Source: Saccostrea cucullata (Eukaryota). From it: 58,805 nucleotides of DNA. Positions 24,030 through 37,404 of this stretch are shown piece after piece; position 1 is the first letter of the stretch; each line of letters opens with the position of its first letter. The translations under genes were made by a program, and so were the position numbers. The notes beneath the pieces were generated by a model that did no database searches, was not told the DNA's origin, and saw nothing but the letters and a program-made list of their open reading frames with translations. The stretch spans positions 1 through 58,805 of the forward strand of contig NW_026933569.1 of NCBI RefSeq assembly GCF_032062105.1, read 5' to 3'.

Positions 24030-27000
24030 TTTCCTATAAATGGCGTAAATATATTTCGCCACGTGATACTAAAAATAGTAATAGGACCCCCCCCTCAACT
24101 TTTGTCGACACTTGCTAGTTGTGGCCAGCTACTGTCATTAAAACCTCAAATTTTACAATATACTTCGTAATTATGCAGCATGACATCTAAAAAGTGCCAG
24201 AAAAAGTGCAATAATCTACATTTTCTCGATTATTCCAGGAATCAATTTTCGACGACCATTGTTGCTTTAAAAAGACATTTTGTACGAAGATTCAAATTAG
24301 CATAAAACTTCAATTTTCCCTAATATTTAGAGTACTTCACATCAATATTACGCCATGTGATACTAAAAATAGATATGGGAAACCCCCTCAACCATTGTCC
24401 ACACCTGCTTAAGGTGTCAAGCTATTGTCATTAACATCTCAAAATTTACAATATACTTCCTAAGTAATCAGCAATCACATCTTTAAAGTGCTTTAAAAGG
24501 TGCAGTAATCTACATTTTCTCCATTATACGAGTAATCTATTTTGAGACCATTGTTGATATGAAATGAAACAAGAGTCCATCCTCAATATTGAGACAATTA
24601 TTGTACAAACACATGTACATTCTGAAAGCATATTGTAGAAAGCTTCATATTTGTTAGGACTTTTAATTGCCATTCTCTGTAACCACTTAAACTTCGTTGC
24701 CACGCATGGTCACCGATTTTGATGAAACTTCACCCATGCTTAGTACTTGACACCAGAAACAAATATCAAAAAAAATTTCGTTGCTAAGTGTCTCGGTTGC
24801 TATGGCAACAGCCGGAAAAGTTTGAAAAATCGAGATTTTCAGCCACTTTAAATCCTGACTGTGGCCTAATAAAAACTAGAAAAAGCAAACAAACCATTCT
24901 AACAAAAACATGACACCTTGATGTCACTTATACTGTAAAGAAACTGTTTAGAATATATCTCTAAGTAAGTGGTAACTAAGGGTACATTTGGAATACATTA
25001 AAAAATGCTGAAATATGCTGAAAAACACTCCATATTCACTAATGGTAGGTGTTACATGCTAAAACTCAATCATCGACTTAAGAAAAACCATGAAAATGTT
25101 TCATCTTAAGTATACAAGTATAAGCAATATTATTCTATAAATAAATTTTATGGTTGCCATGGTAACACAGTGTAACTATGCAAAACCAGTAACTAAGATT
25201 GGGTTAATGCTACTGTCTTGAGGAAAAACATGAAAATTCAAGACTGGCAAATATGCATCCTTAGGACCTTGCAACACCAAAACCATAAGAAAAATTGGGT
25301 AAAATTGCTACTTTGCAGTGTTACCATGGAAACAAAGTACCAGTGCTTAAAAGTGAATTATTTTTCACTGCATTAAGAATTAAACTGCCATATAATCAAG
25401 AAACAAATTAAAGGATTCAGCTTGAATAGTACTTATCTGTTAGAACTGAAGTTGAATATCATATGTTGATAAAAGTTGATGAAGAAAACAACGCTGTTGC
25501 TATGGTAACCAAGAAGGGAAAATGTTCAATTTTGTGAACTTTATATCAATATTAAACCCTGTGTGCCAACTTCTTGCATCCAATTAGAGATTGGATGATA
25601 GTCAAAATTAAAAGTCAGGTTAGCTGTTAATAAATATCAATCATAAAAGTTTTGGGAATCTACATATAAGGGTACGTATCCAAGGAAAGAAAATATTTTT
25701 CAGGTTTTTAAGCATATATTTTCTGCTTATCTCCATAGCAACGCTCTATTTAAAGAATCTAATCTGAATTTTTTCAAATGGGAAAACTAGGACACACCAA
25801 CATCTTTAAAAATTGATCATTAGTTATGAGGAAATGTGCTTTTTTAAAAGATAGGTTCAGATTTAAACAAACAGAGTGTTACTTTGAAGGCTCTCTGTGG
25901 TATAAAAACCTTGGCAACCATTGCCAACCAAAATGAAATATCATATTTTGTTCTTGGTATATGTTTCAAGGCTCTTTTTTCTATTATTTGGTCACATTTC
26001 ATCCTATAATTGTTTTTTATTTTTACGTGTATGACTTTATATAATTCAATGAATATTTTTTTTTACTTTTGAATACTTTGTTACCATAGTAACGTATGTA
26101 ATAGTTGATTTACCAAACATGTTTATCATGCATTTGAGACATCTGACCTTCAACTTTTGGAAACAGTCATTGCCAATTGTTTGCTTTGCCGCAAATGTTA
26201 ACTATGGGGTTCTAAACATGTTAAAAAATGCCATTTTTCGAACTTTAAGACATGTTGCCATGGTAACTATAAAACATAGCAACCAATTTTTGCCTGATTT
26301 CAGTTCAGGGTATCAATGACTTTTATCATAGAGAGTTTGGAGAAATTCTGAGACTATGCGTGCCACAGCTCCTATATAAAATTCCAAATCATTACAGAGA
26401 ATGGCTCTTAATATGAAGCTTCCAACTAGAACAAAAATGCCATTTTTCCTAATATTCAGAGACATATCTATATTTAGCCACCTGATACTAAAAATAGAAA
26501 GGGGAATTCTCATCAACAATTATCCATACCGCCTAGTGGTATCCAGATCTTGTCATTAACATCTAAAATTTTACAAAAGATTTCCTCATTATGCAGCAAC
26601 TACATCTAAAAATGCATGAAAAGGTGCAATAATCTACATTTTCTTAATTATTCGAGTAATCTACTTTTAGACCATTCTTGCCATAAAATGAAACAAGAGT
26701 TCATCCTCAATATTGTGGCAATTTTTGAACAAACACATGTACATTCTGAAAGCATATGGTAGAAAGCTTTATATTTGTTAGGTTTTTTATATGAAGCTTC
26801 CAATTAGAACAAAAATGCCATTTTCCCTAATATTCAGAGACATATCTATATTTAGCCACCTGATACTTAAAATAGAAATGGGAATTCCCATCAACAATTA
26901 TCCATACCGCCTAGTTGTATCCAGATCTTGTCATTAACATCTAAAATTTTACAAAAGATTTCCTCATTATGCAGCAACTACATCTAAAAATGCATGAAAA

Positions 27001-27720
27001 GGTGCAATAATCTACATTTTCTTAATTATTCGAGTAATCTACTTTTAGACCATTCTTGCCATTAAATGAAACAAGAGTTCATCCTCAATATTGTGGCAAT
27101 TATTGTACAAACACATGTACATTCTGTAAAAATATTATAGAAAGCATTATATTTGTTAGGACTCTTTATATGAAGCTTCCAATTAGAACAAAAATGCCAT
27201 TTTCCCTAATATTCAGAGACATATCTATATATTTAGCCACCTGATACTAAAAATAGAAAGGGGAATTCCCTTAACAATTATCCATACCAGCAAGTGGTAT
27301 CAAGGTCTTGTCATTAACATTTCAAATTTTACAATATACTTCCTAAGTAATCAGCAATCACATCTTTAAAGTGCTTTAAAAGGTGCAATAATCTACATTT
27401 TCTCAATTATTCGAGTAATCTATTTTTAGACCATTGGTGCCCTAAAATGAAACAAGAGTCCATCCTCAAAATTGTAGTAATTTTTGAACAAACACATGTA
27501 CATTCTCAAAGCATATTGTAGAAAGCTTTATATTTGTTAGGACTTCTTATATGAAGCTTCCAATTAGAACAAAAATGCCATTTTTCCTAATATTCAGAGA
27601 CATATCTATATTTAGCAACCTGATACTAAAAATAGAAATGGGAATTCCCCTCAACCGTTGTCAATACCAGCTAGTGGTGTCCAGCTCTTGTCATTTAAAT
27701 TTCAAATTTTACAACATACG
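24030..27720. repeat. ~380-bp tandem repeats in the right arm of the foldback element (~6 units, interrupted by an insertion)
   Basis: ATATGAAGCTTCC anchor at ~26411, 26790, 27168 and 27550; degenerate units at 24030-24660. Confidence 0.85.
24667..26407. mobile_element. 1.74-kb non-autonomous TTAA-targeting element (Sola3-like CTC-3' end) nested in the right arm
   Basis: TTAA(24663-24666)|TTGCCATTCTCTGTAA ... TTACAGAGAATGGCTC|TTAA(26408-26411). Removing it restores the host unit GTTAGGACTT-TTAA-TATGAAGCTTCC. Confidence 0.85.
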
Positions 27721-28774
27721 TTCTAATTATGCAGTAATGACAATTAAAACTTTGCCAAAATTTGAAATTTCACATTTTTCTAAAATATATCTATATATAG
27801 ATACATGTTGCTAAAAATAGGAGCAAAAGCCCACTTATGTTTTTTCATGAAATGACACTACTTATTCCCAAGTATAATTACACACATAAGATTTGGGAAA
27901 TTTCCGCGGACAATTTTTCTTATTTAGCCTCAAAGATCTCAAAAAATTCCAATTTCCCCATTTTTCAAATTTTTAGAAACCATGTCATTTTGCATGACCT
28001 TTTTCTTACAGGAAGAATATTTCTAGAATAAACGATTATATGCTCTGTGTACCTTAAAAGGTCATGTTATCAAATGATCCAATAATTTTTGTTAGAGTGT
28101 ATTAGATACCGATAAATATTCATTTACATTTCCTCAATTTTCATGTTTTCATTTAGTCAAAATGGGCCAAAAATTGCCGAATTCAATGGATCTGTCTCCA
28201 TGGCAACCAAGTGCACGTGTGGAACTTCCGACACCATATTTACTAGTTTTGTGCCAAGACACACCTATGGTGAAAATTTCATCAAAATCCGAGACATGTC
28301 GTTTCCAAGCCCTATAGTAAATTCGTTGGTGCTTACAGAGAATGCGTGTTAATGCCTTATTTCTTTATTCCAGAAAGCCCGAATCTGGATCTGAGTGGAT
28401 CATCATGATTAAAAGCTGCCAAGGAGACAGTTCTGATTTCAATAAAATATTTTCTATATAATATTAGAATAGTAAATAGAAAATGCTCAAACCTACAGCT
28501 TAATTTATTTGAACCAGTCGTCAGTCATAGGATTTCTCCAGGAAGTTTTTGCAATGAAATGTTTATTATTACTTACTGTGGTCCTGCCCACCCTTCCAAA
28601 AGTTTCCCACTTCGAACTCTCCAGGATACATGAATGCAATTCTTTTTCCTTAAGCAGGGGAAACCGATTCTCTGAATTTGCTTGCATTTATGAACGTGTA
28701 TTGATAAAACCTTAAATAAGAATTGGACAATATTTAAATTTTCAGATTCTGTGAAATCGGATATTATCCAAATA

Positions 28775-28964
28775 CTGTATACAGGGAAATTTTCGCCCCT
28801 TTCGCCCTACCCTCAATTGGGCGAATTTAAAACGGGGTGAAATGAAATAATACAGTATAATTTTTTAAATAAAACTATGATTGGGCGAATTTAAATCGGG
28901 GCAAAATTGTTTGCAAGTGTGAAAGGGCGAAAATTAAACGGGGCGAAAATAATCCTGTATACAG
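28775..28964. mobile_element. Tc1/mariner-type MITE (TA target duplication)
   Basis: TA|CTGTATACAGGGAAATTTTCGCCCC ... GGGGCGAAAATAATCCTGTATACAG|TA, with internal GGGCGAA repeats. Confidence 0.85.
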
Positions 28965-29046
28965 TATATTATTTGTAACAAACTTGGAATATATGTTGAT
29001 CTTTACGTACATGTAAAAGATCTCGCGGCATTATCGTTGAATCATT

Positions 29047-30181
29047 AACTAAACACTGATGCCCCTTATGGCAGCTAATAGCAAAGGTTTAAATTTCTCA
29101 ATGAAAGTCAAACCTTCAGGTCAAGGTCAAGAGATGAAAAATGCTACCCGTGGTATATGAAAACCCAAACACCAACCGTTATAAAGAGTTATTGCTTAAG
29201 GGAGCCGACTGGGGTATTGTGAGAACTACGATAGAAAAACTATTTATTTTCATACCATATATAACTTACATTGACTTCAGAGTACATGTCTTGTTTCCAG
29301 AGGGGGCATCTCAAAATGTCAAAAATTAACGAATTTTCCTGTTTTTATTCTACTATTCGACGGATACAGAGGATTTTAACAAAAAAGTAATAAAAATGGT
29401 GGAGAGATTCTCAAGTTTCTATGTTTTAAATTTCAAGAGCATATGTTCATAACTGTTATTTTATAACATTTTTATTACCCCTTCTTTAAAGAGCTTCACG
29501 TTATCATGACGTCAAAAACACTACAGTGACGTCAATCTAACCCATCAATTGAAAAATAGTTTTAAAAATCAGTTATATAAAATTCTAATTAAATTTTTTT
29601 ATCCTTTGATTTCTTGATTTTTTAAATTTTTTTAATCAAGTGAAAAAAATTGCGTTATAGTAAATGCGCTTTGTTTTACTATGATGCGCGAAGTATTGCG
29701 CAGCGGAAACCCCAGTCAGCCCCCTTAAGTTTAAATTTTTAAGCGTTAATCGGATTTCAAGGTCAAAATTTATAATTCCGATGTTAATAATGGTGAAAGT
29801 ATTTCTTTAAAAAGTAGATCAAATGATCAAATTGTTGTTTTCCAAAGGAAGGCCACTGCACAAGGAATACATCTGTGAAATATGAAAGTCCTACTCTAAA
29901 TATTCAAGTGCTATAACCAAGGTTAAGGTTTGGTAATTTTTTGGAAAAGTGGGTCTAGCTTCAAGGTCAATTAGTTAAATATATCTGTACCCAAAGAAAG
30001 GTCCAGGAAGGAATAAAAATGTAAAATATAAAAAATAATAGCTACAACTAATCAAAAAGTATATAGACAAGGATTATTTTTTGGGGGGATAAACAGACAA
30101 AGGGATAGGGGAAAAATGCATTTATATAAAAAAGGCGAAAATACATGTATATTACCGCGAATAATTGATAACAGAGTCATA
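29047..30181. mobile_element. Degenerate Helitron/Helentron-associated (HINE-like) repeat with CAAGGTCA subrepeats
   Basis: Recurrent (T)CAAGGTCAA motifs (~29118-29130, 29757, 29961) with ...TGAAATATGAAAG-type spacers. The family call is from recalled resemblance to oyster Helitron-N repeats and the boundaries are approximate. Confidence 0.45.
29200..29724. mobile_element. Kolobok-like MITE (TTAA duplication, GG termini)
   Basis: TTAA|GGGAGCCGACTGGGGT ... ACCCCAGTCAGCCCCC|TTAA, a 14/16 TIR match. It is inserted in the HINE-like repeat. Confidence 0.8.
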
Positions 30182-31035
30182 AGTTCATAACCCCCAGGGA
30201 ACCATATTACTTCAAAGCTCGGGTCTGGATACTGTTATTGGGTGACAATGAATATAAACGCTCCTATAAAAATATATATTAGATTACAGAAAAAGGATTT
30301 CATTTTTTGCGGAACTCAAAGTCTTTCGTTAAATTAAGATCTTGTTCTTTTATCTCGAAACCCTCATGCAAAATCTAACACTCGAAGAAAACTTGATAAA
30401 AGTGTAAGTTAGAATGGAAGGTTAACACAGATGTCAAAATTATTTCTTTATTCTTTTGTCCCATCGTATATTAACAAGTATACAATTCTGAATTACCTTT
30501 CTTTTTTGCCATTCTTTACTCGACGAACGAAAATATGGCTCTGAATACAGATGTATAGGACTTTTAATGCATGTGTATAGATTTAAATTAATTTTAAAGA
30601 CATTTTGGGATAACAATCGATTCAGAAATTTGATTCACGATTTCACGAGACAAAAATCGGAATGGCAGGTATTAAAATACAAGCATCCAGCTCCTGTTAT
30701 CAAAATCACTTTCATTGTCGTTGAATGCAATAATTATTCATTGATTAAAATACCTTTATCGTCAAACACAATATTCACAATGCCATTTTTGCTCGCCACA
30801 GACAATCAACCCAACGATAGATTCGTTTAAATGCTTGGGTTGTAAAATATCAATGTGATATGCGCAAGCACGGAACGTTGCCTTCTTTAGAATTTAATGG
30901 AAATGGCTAAATCTTCCTAAATTTCTTTTCCTCGGATATTTAAATTTACCTACATACATTGTTTTATCGCAATAATGGAAAATCCATGACTTAATACTTT
31001 AGTATGAATTTTTAATGTCTTTTTTATTTTGCGAC

Positions 31036-34000
31036 ATGCCAGAGTTTTCCTTACTTGTGATTTTTCACCTTGGAAATATCCTTATAATCGCAGGTAGGTA
31101 AAAAATAATTGTGTTATCTTTTTAAGTTCTTAAAATTATTTTGTAAATATTATATAGGAATCTGAGGCTCTTATTTTCAATTTTCTTTATTTTCAAGAGC
31201 ATGTTTATCTAAAAATAATTCTAAAAGAAAAAAGTACAATTTGCAAAGTTTTCGTCCTGAACACAAATAATTCTAAAAGAAAAAAGAATACTATTTTCAA
31301 ATTTGTCGTCCTTAATACATATCAGCATGACTTTTAGTGAAGATGTGTCAAATTCATTTTTTCACCTAAAACGAGGACCATTGAAGTTTATTGAATAGAT
31401 GGAATGTAATTTGATGTAAACACTTATTTTTTCCCACCTTGGTGGGCAAATGATTTTATTGTACAATATGCCTCATTGAAAACAAAAATTGAAATCCGTA
31501 AAGAAATATTTCTTAAGCTTATGAAAAAGGCGTCAATGGATCATTATAGGTATGCATATCTTGATGCATCATTAGACATATCGTCTAAACCTATTTGTTT
31601 CGTTAGTAGGTCTGTAATGTCCCCAAGTAAGCTTTTCGTCGTAAAAAAATGTGCCAAGGTTTTTCTGATTCATTGAAAAGGAAGGTTCTGATATTTTGAA
31701 AACGTCCGTTCATCTTTGTGATAAAGAAAAATGTTTCAATCACTAACAATGTGTATGTGTGTCTTTAGCAACCCACAGATCAAAATAACACCACCATCTT
31801 AACAATTTATTAGACATGTTTTAGTTATGTTAGTGAATATCATTTGTACCTAAAACAATAAAGAGTTGCATATAGTTTTTTCTTTAAATATTACCGAAAA
31901 AATGAATTAGCAAATGTGAATAAGGAACGATGAATTAAAGACGTTTGAGAAATTAAGATGTCCAATACCAACTAGTATGTAAAGAAATTTCATTTGTAGA
32001 CGTTCTTATTATTTCAGAAAGCTTGTGTACTCTACCAGATGAATTAGATGGCGTATGGTACAGTGCTCAGAAAGGACCACTGACGATTAACTCCACACAC
32101 ATTCAAGGCTACCCTATCCACATGTCTGCCAGCGTTAGCTCCCTAGATTACGAATGTATTGAACAGCGGGACAGAATATATATGTTCAGGTAAGTTTTTT
32201 TTTTCTTTTTACTACAAAACATTCTTTTTAAAATTTGTATTTTGTGCTTGAATTTTAATCGGCAATACATGTATATCATCACTACTGAAACCTTATTTTA
32301 CCGTTAACATAATCAATTTATTTTAATCATGTATGATTCTCTTGTTAATAGATCTACTGAGACTGTCCTTATATTCGGGGGACTGGTAAACGGCTTTATT
32401 TGTTTAGAATTCTGGAGGGTTTCTGCCACAAAGTATTACTACTTTCACAAAACAGGTATGTGTTTTCAATACAATTTATAACGGTAATCGATTCGATTCT
32501 ATAGGAATGTGTAATAAATCTCGTCTGCTTTTTGAATATGTCAATGATGTAGTTAATTTTTAAAAATTAATTTAAAAGGCAAAATACTGATGTAAATGTT
32601 CGATTTCTTTACTCGCTCTTCGGCTCATATGACTTATCGTGATGCTTTTGTCATTTATGCATCGGTGTAAAAATGGACCATTAAATATGTAATGATCGCC
32701 ATTCAAATATGCATTACTAAAATTGTTAGTTACGTGAACTGAAAGAAATCGCAGATTTTTCTACCTCCGTTTCATGTTCGGATGTTTTTACTTAAAATGA
32801 TAAGGACCAAATAACATGGTCTTTACTTATCCCAATCATTCAATATACAAAAATAGGCTCCAAGTACGATCAATTTTTAAACTGAGGCAGTCTACTGACT
32901 GTAAGCTGATGTTACAGATTTAGAGTCAGAATTTCGAAAATTCAGTATAATGGCAATGTTATCAAATATTATCTATAAAGTTCAGCTTTCATTCCTTGAA
33001 TTTAACACTCCTCTGACAACACTGAGCTTGTTTTTTTTTGACAGATAACACAATACATGTTTCTTCTAAAAAATGCCATTTATTATAAAATGACCACATA
33101 TAATATAATACATAAAACTGAATAAAAAAGACTGCATGGAGACAATGTATTTTTAAAAAAACAATTCATGGGGAAAAAATTCAACAATTATGCAAGAACA
33201 AATTGGCCTCCCAGTATGTGACTATTACATATCGCATAATATTTATAAATTTGCAAAATATGTGGCTTAAAAAATGTGGCCAAAATTTATCTATCACATG
33301 GCCGTATAAAACTGACTTGTTTCATACTAATTGATAAGTCTGTTCTTATTGTGTCATTGACAACGGAAGGCTCTGTCTACCTGTTCCAGGGATCCATATT
33401 CTTGTAGATTTCATAGATTTTTAAAGATTCATCACTATTCATTATGTTCACCTTTTTCATTATAGATAGACATTTCAGGGACTTTGACTTTGAGTTTCAT
33501 TCTGAGGACATAAGTATTTATTTCAGAAAGTACAGCTAGTTTCCATTTGATTTTTTGTAGCCATCAGTCGGACCAATAATGATCATATCAGAGGAGGATT
33601 TAGCGGGCAAAGTCCAACCTTCGATGTGACATGCAGCGAGTCATATGACACGACATACTTTGTTACTTTAATAAAAGATGGTATATATTATATACAATAC
33701 TTTTATTTAAATAAATGACGTTAATTTCCAAATTAAAAAATAATTTTGATGATTATAATAATAATAGATCGTGAAAAACAAACAATCCCACCAATAAACA
33801 AACAACTGTAATGCATGAAATGTTAATTTCAGACCAAATTTCATAGCGTAGTGTACTTTTTATTGAATTTAAAGATGGCGTGATACTAGTTTATAGCATT
33901 ATAGTTTATAGTTTAATTTAATATTGAATTCGAATAATTAAATATTACTTAAATTTACACATATACACACACTCTCAAATTTTATCAAAAGTAAAAAATA

Positions 34001-35632
34001 GAATAATATGAAATAAAAATAAGTTAGAGGATAGAACCCTCTAAAAGTAAATCGCAAGAATATCGCCCGGGGCGGTTCATTTGGATCATCCATTCAAATA
34101 CCATTTCAAATCTTTAATTATTATTAAAGATCCATCTAAAAAGCCGGGGATTGTACAAAACTCAAAAGAGAGCGCGTAACTAATACAATTATGATTTCAT
34201 TATAGGTTCAGTAGAGAATGGATCATCGGAAGCTACTTGTGCTACAGACCTTTTGAATAAATTCTCATTGGTTACTATCACCGAACATAATGAAGCTTCC
34301 AGTTGTGAAAATAATACAATGGATGGATGTTCTGATAAAACCAAAATGTCTTTTACTTACCATTCTTCATGTCAATCTCAGCACAAATTCTCTGGTACGT
34401 ACTGGTTTACATTTCCTCATCATTATCAACTTTCAACCATATGGATATACTTTACTTATTTCAATGGCTTCTGATCCCATTTGATGTTTTTGACGAGGTC
34501 TGTATTTGCTATTTTTCCAATATGTATGTTATAAATGAACGTTTGAACATGATTACAGTTTGTCGTATTCATGTTTCATTGTATAAATTGTTACATGCTT
34601 CTTACAGCGGGAGGATTTTGGACATGCCTAAGAAGCATAACTAGTAATGGTTATACCTATGTCTCGCTCTGGAACAATGACACTACTGTGACTTCTACGT
34701 ACACCAGATCCTATGAATTGGTCAGAGAACAAACATATAAATTTGCCTGCCTCGTAAGTCTTTTTTGTGAATAAAACAAATAAAAGGAATATTTATATCC
34801 CAGCATAGACATAAAATCTTTTCAATTAATTTTACAAATAATGGTCCTTTTCATTTTGATCTGTTTGCAGGTTGTGAAAGGAACATCTGCTACATTATTT
34901 CCAAAAATTTGTTCCGATTCTACCCAAACACCGAATTCTGTTGCCTCTCCGGGACTGAAACTTACGTTTTCTGGTGCTGATTCGACCTGTCGTAAGTGAT
35001 TTTATTAGTTTCAATATACAGGTATAAGGCCTGTAGTTTTACAACATTTGCACTTGTGCTTGAGAACAGATGAAATTTTCCAATAAAATCACAAGGGCTA
35101 TCAAATCATAATACATGTAAAAGTTAGTTAATTATATAACAAAGATAAAGTTTTAAATTTTTATTTATTTTCAATATAAATTATTTATGATTATATATAT
35201 TGAAAACCCTATTTGAAGCATATTGTGCTAAAATATAGACAAAGCATCATACTCCAAACTAAAGAAACGTTGTTGTTCTTAAATATACGTTCTGATTTAG
35301 CAATGTGTACATTTGATGATATACATGTGATCTATTTATATTTCTTTTTGTTCACAGACATCACGACGGAGGACGAATCTGATATTCTGTACTACGTCAT
35401 TATTATACTTGGATCTTTATTCATCATATCTTTCATCATTTTGTTAATTATATTACGCAAGAAAGGAAAGAAGTGTAAAAGAAAGCTGGCTAAGTCACGT
35501 GCCATTGGATCACATGAAATTATCATGTCTCAACCACCAATAAAAATAGAACCTTTGTATTTAGACGATACTCCTGGAATTCTTCGAGAAAAGACTGATG
35601 TATTAAGTATTTTTGAATTCAACACGAAATAG
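31036..35632 (+). CDS. Gene B: Cys-rich type I single-pass membrane protein, 394 aa (uncharacterised family; ectodomain starts CxLPxxLxGxW)
   Basis: Exons 31036-31093 (signal peptide MPEFSLLVIFHLGNILIIA), 32018-32189, 32352-32455, 33561-33680, 34206-34394, 34608-34753, 34871-34991 and 35358-35632 (TM ILYYVIIILGSLFIISFIILLIIL + RKKGKK). All introns are GT-AG and in phase; 1185 nt open. Exon-by-exon homology to gene C. Confidence 0.9.
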
Positions 35633-37327
35633 CGTTTCTGATACTTCAAAACGGTGGTTCATACCGTTGTGCTTCCATGCTTGAAGAACAGATTAACAGA
35701 ACTATATACAAAAAAAGTGCCATGTGTAAGTTGCCCACCGATAATTGCGCCAAGAGCAGTTCTAATTTTCTTTGTTCATAAATATGTTATTAACAATATG
35801 CAAGCACGTTATGTGATAATCAGTATTTAACAGTTTTTAAGATGCCCACATGTTGGGTATAAGTTCATGGATCTTGATCATACTGCCATTAATTTACCCT
35901 TTTTTTCATAATTATGTGAAAATAAAATTGGTCTAGTCCGTCCTTTGTTATTAGTAGCTTCAACCATGTTGATGACTTTTGGAGTAAAACAAACTTGATC
36001 CGCCACAGTTAATAAAGAAGTGCATTCTCAAGTCTAAACTGTTAAAATGCAATTTAATTGGCAATTTGTTACATTTAGTTAAGTTTATAAGCTTTTCTGG
36101 ATGTTGGTTGAACACACAAATTGACATGTCACTAGGGTTATTTCAATGATACAGCAAGCATTACTCAATACATGCAAAACTCATGTATTTTCAGCTCTGA
36201 AGTCTGTGAGTAGTCTGAGGTTCAAAAGAGTTTAAAACATTTTTTTTGTTAAAGTACCTGTATTATTATATATATTTATTTTAACTATATCGGTCATTCA
36301 GAATATACAATTACAAACATTTATTAAAACACATTTGTTAAAAATATTATCTATGGTATTTTGGACCATGTTTATTCAAATGCAAGTTTTTCAACAGCAA
36401 ATGAAGGAAAACGAAATAATTATAGAGTATTTTGTAAAATTTTTACCAAACAAATTTATAATATACCAACAGAAACACAAATCATTCCTTTATGAATATG
36501 TAACATTTAGTCATTATTTTACTTGTTCTGTTGCAACAAACTGTAAACCCTTATATTTTATTTTGATCATTCGTACAATGGTATAAAGGTATTGAATATT
36601 TGCTTAAATATTCTCTTCATTCATGAACATGTATCATCCAATTTGAATCGTATTTGATCCTTGAATAGTCTTGTATCTTGATATAATGGTTTAAAATTTG
36701 GTCAGTTTTGAATAGCTGGTTCATATAATTAGTTAAGACATTATAGTGAATTCATCGAAATTAAAAATCCAGCTTTTTGTAAGGATATGGAGATAACGAA
36801 CAGTATTCAATATCGAAGTCCATAAAACAATACAAAATGGGAGCAGAGCAAACACGGACCTCCGAAACATCAGAGTAATCATCCTTAATTTCTATCATCA
36901 TTATTATGTTTTGGAGGTTCCCTGTTCAACTCGAATAGAGAATCTATAATGTACTGTTTTTACTTGTTTGGTTCTTGAATGAGGTAAATTTTAGATAAAA
37001 ATACTTAGAATCTTTCAAAAGACCATGGCCAACAGGATGCAGTTACTCACATTCTGCAAAAATCTTCATACAGTGTTCTCTGAAATTGCAAAGGGGGATG
37101 TGTAGATGATTTTTACAATTATGGCCACTTTTTGAAGCAGTTAGAGTGGAGTTACAAATGGGTTCGAACTTTTATTTAAAAATATTTTAAATAAAATGAT
37201 TGCGTACAATACAACGGGATAATTTTTAATAAATACGAATGTACAGCAAGATAATGATATTCATGTAGTCCTTATTATAAGCTTTATTTTAATTTGAAGT
37301 AATATGAGGATATAGCATTACGTGTCA

Positions 37328-37330
<3 letters not shown>

Positions 37331-37402
<72 letters not shown>
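37331..37402. repeat. (AG)36 microsatellite
   Basis: Direct observation. Confidence 0.98.

Positions 37403-37404
<2 letters not shown>

Larger units (their letters stand above)
18892..28348. mobile_element. 9.46-kb non-autonomous foldback DNA transposon with TTAA target duplication and multi-kb inverted arms (Sola3- or piggyBac-like)
   Basis: TTAA(18888-18891)|CACGCATTCTCTGTAAGCACCAA ... TTGGTGCTTACAGAGAATGCGTG|TTAA(28349-28352). The left arm ~18892-21380 is the reverse complement of the right arm ~24030-28348 (mirror ORFs 19415-19678(-) and 27551-27814(+)). No transposase ORF. Confidence 0.9.

Noticed and set aside
23640-24030. Possible transposase relic in the foldback centre (ORF 23831-24118; also 21380-21660)
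   Set aside because: No recognisable DDE or other motif and multiple stops; a TBLASTX search would be needed.
19415-27814. Duplicated 87-aa 'MKLPIRTK' ORFs (19415-19678, 19858-20055, 27056-27244, 27551-27814) as a gene family
   Set aside because: They are translations of the foldback element's arm repeats; other units are broken by indels and stops.
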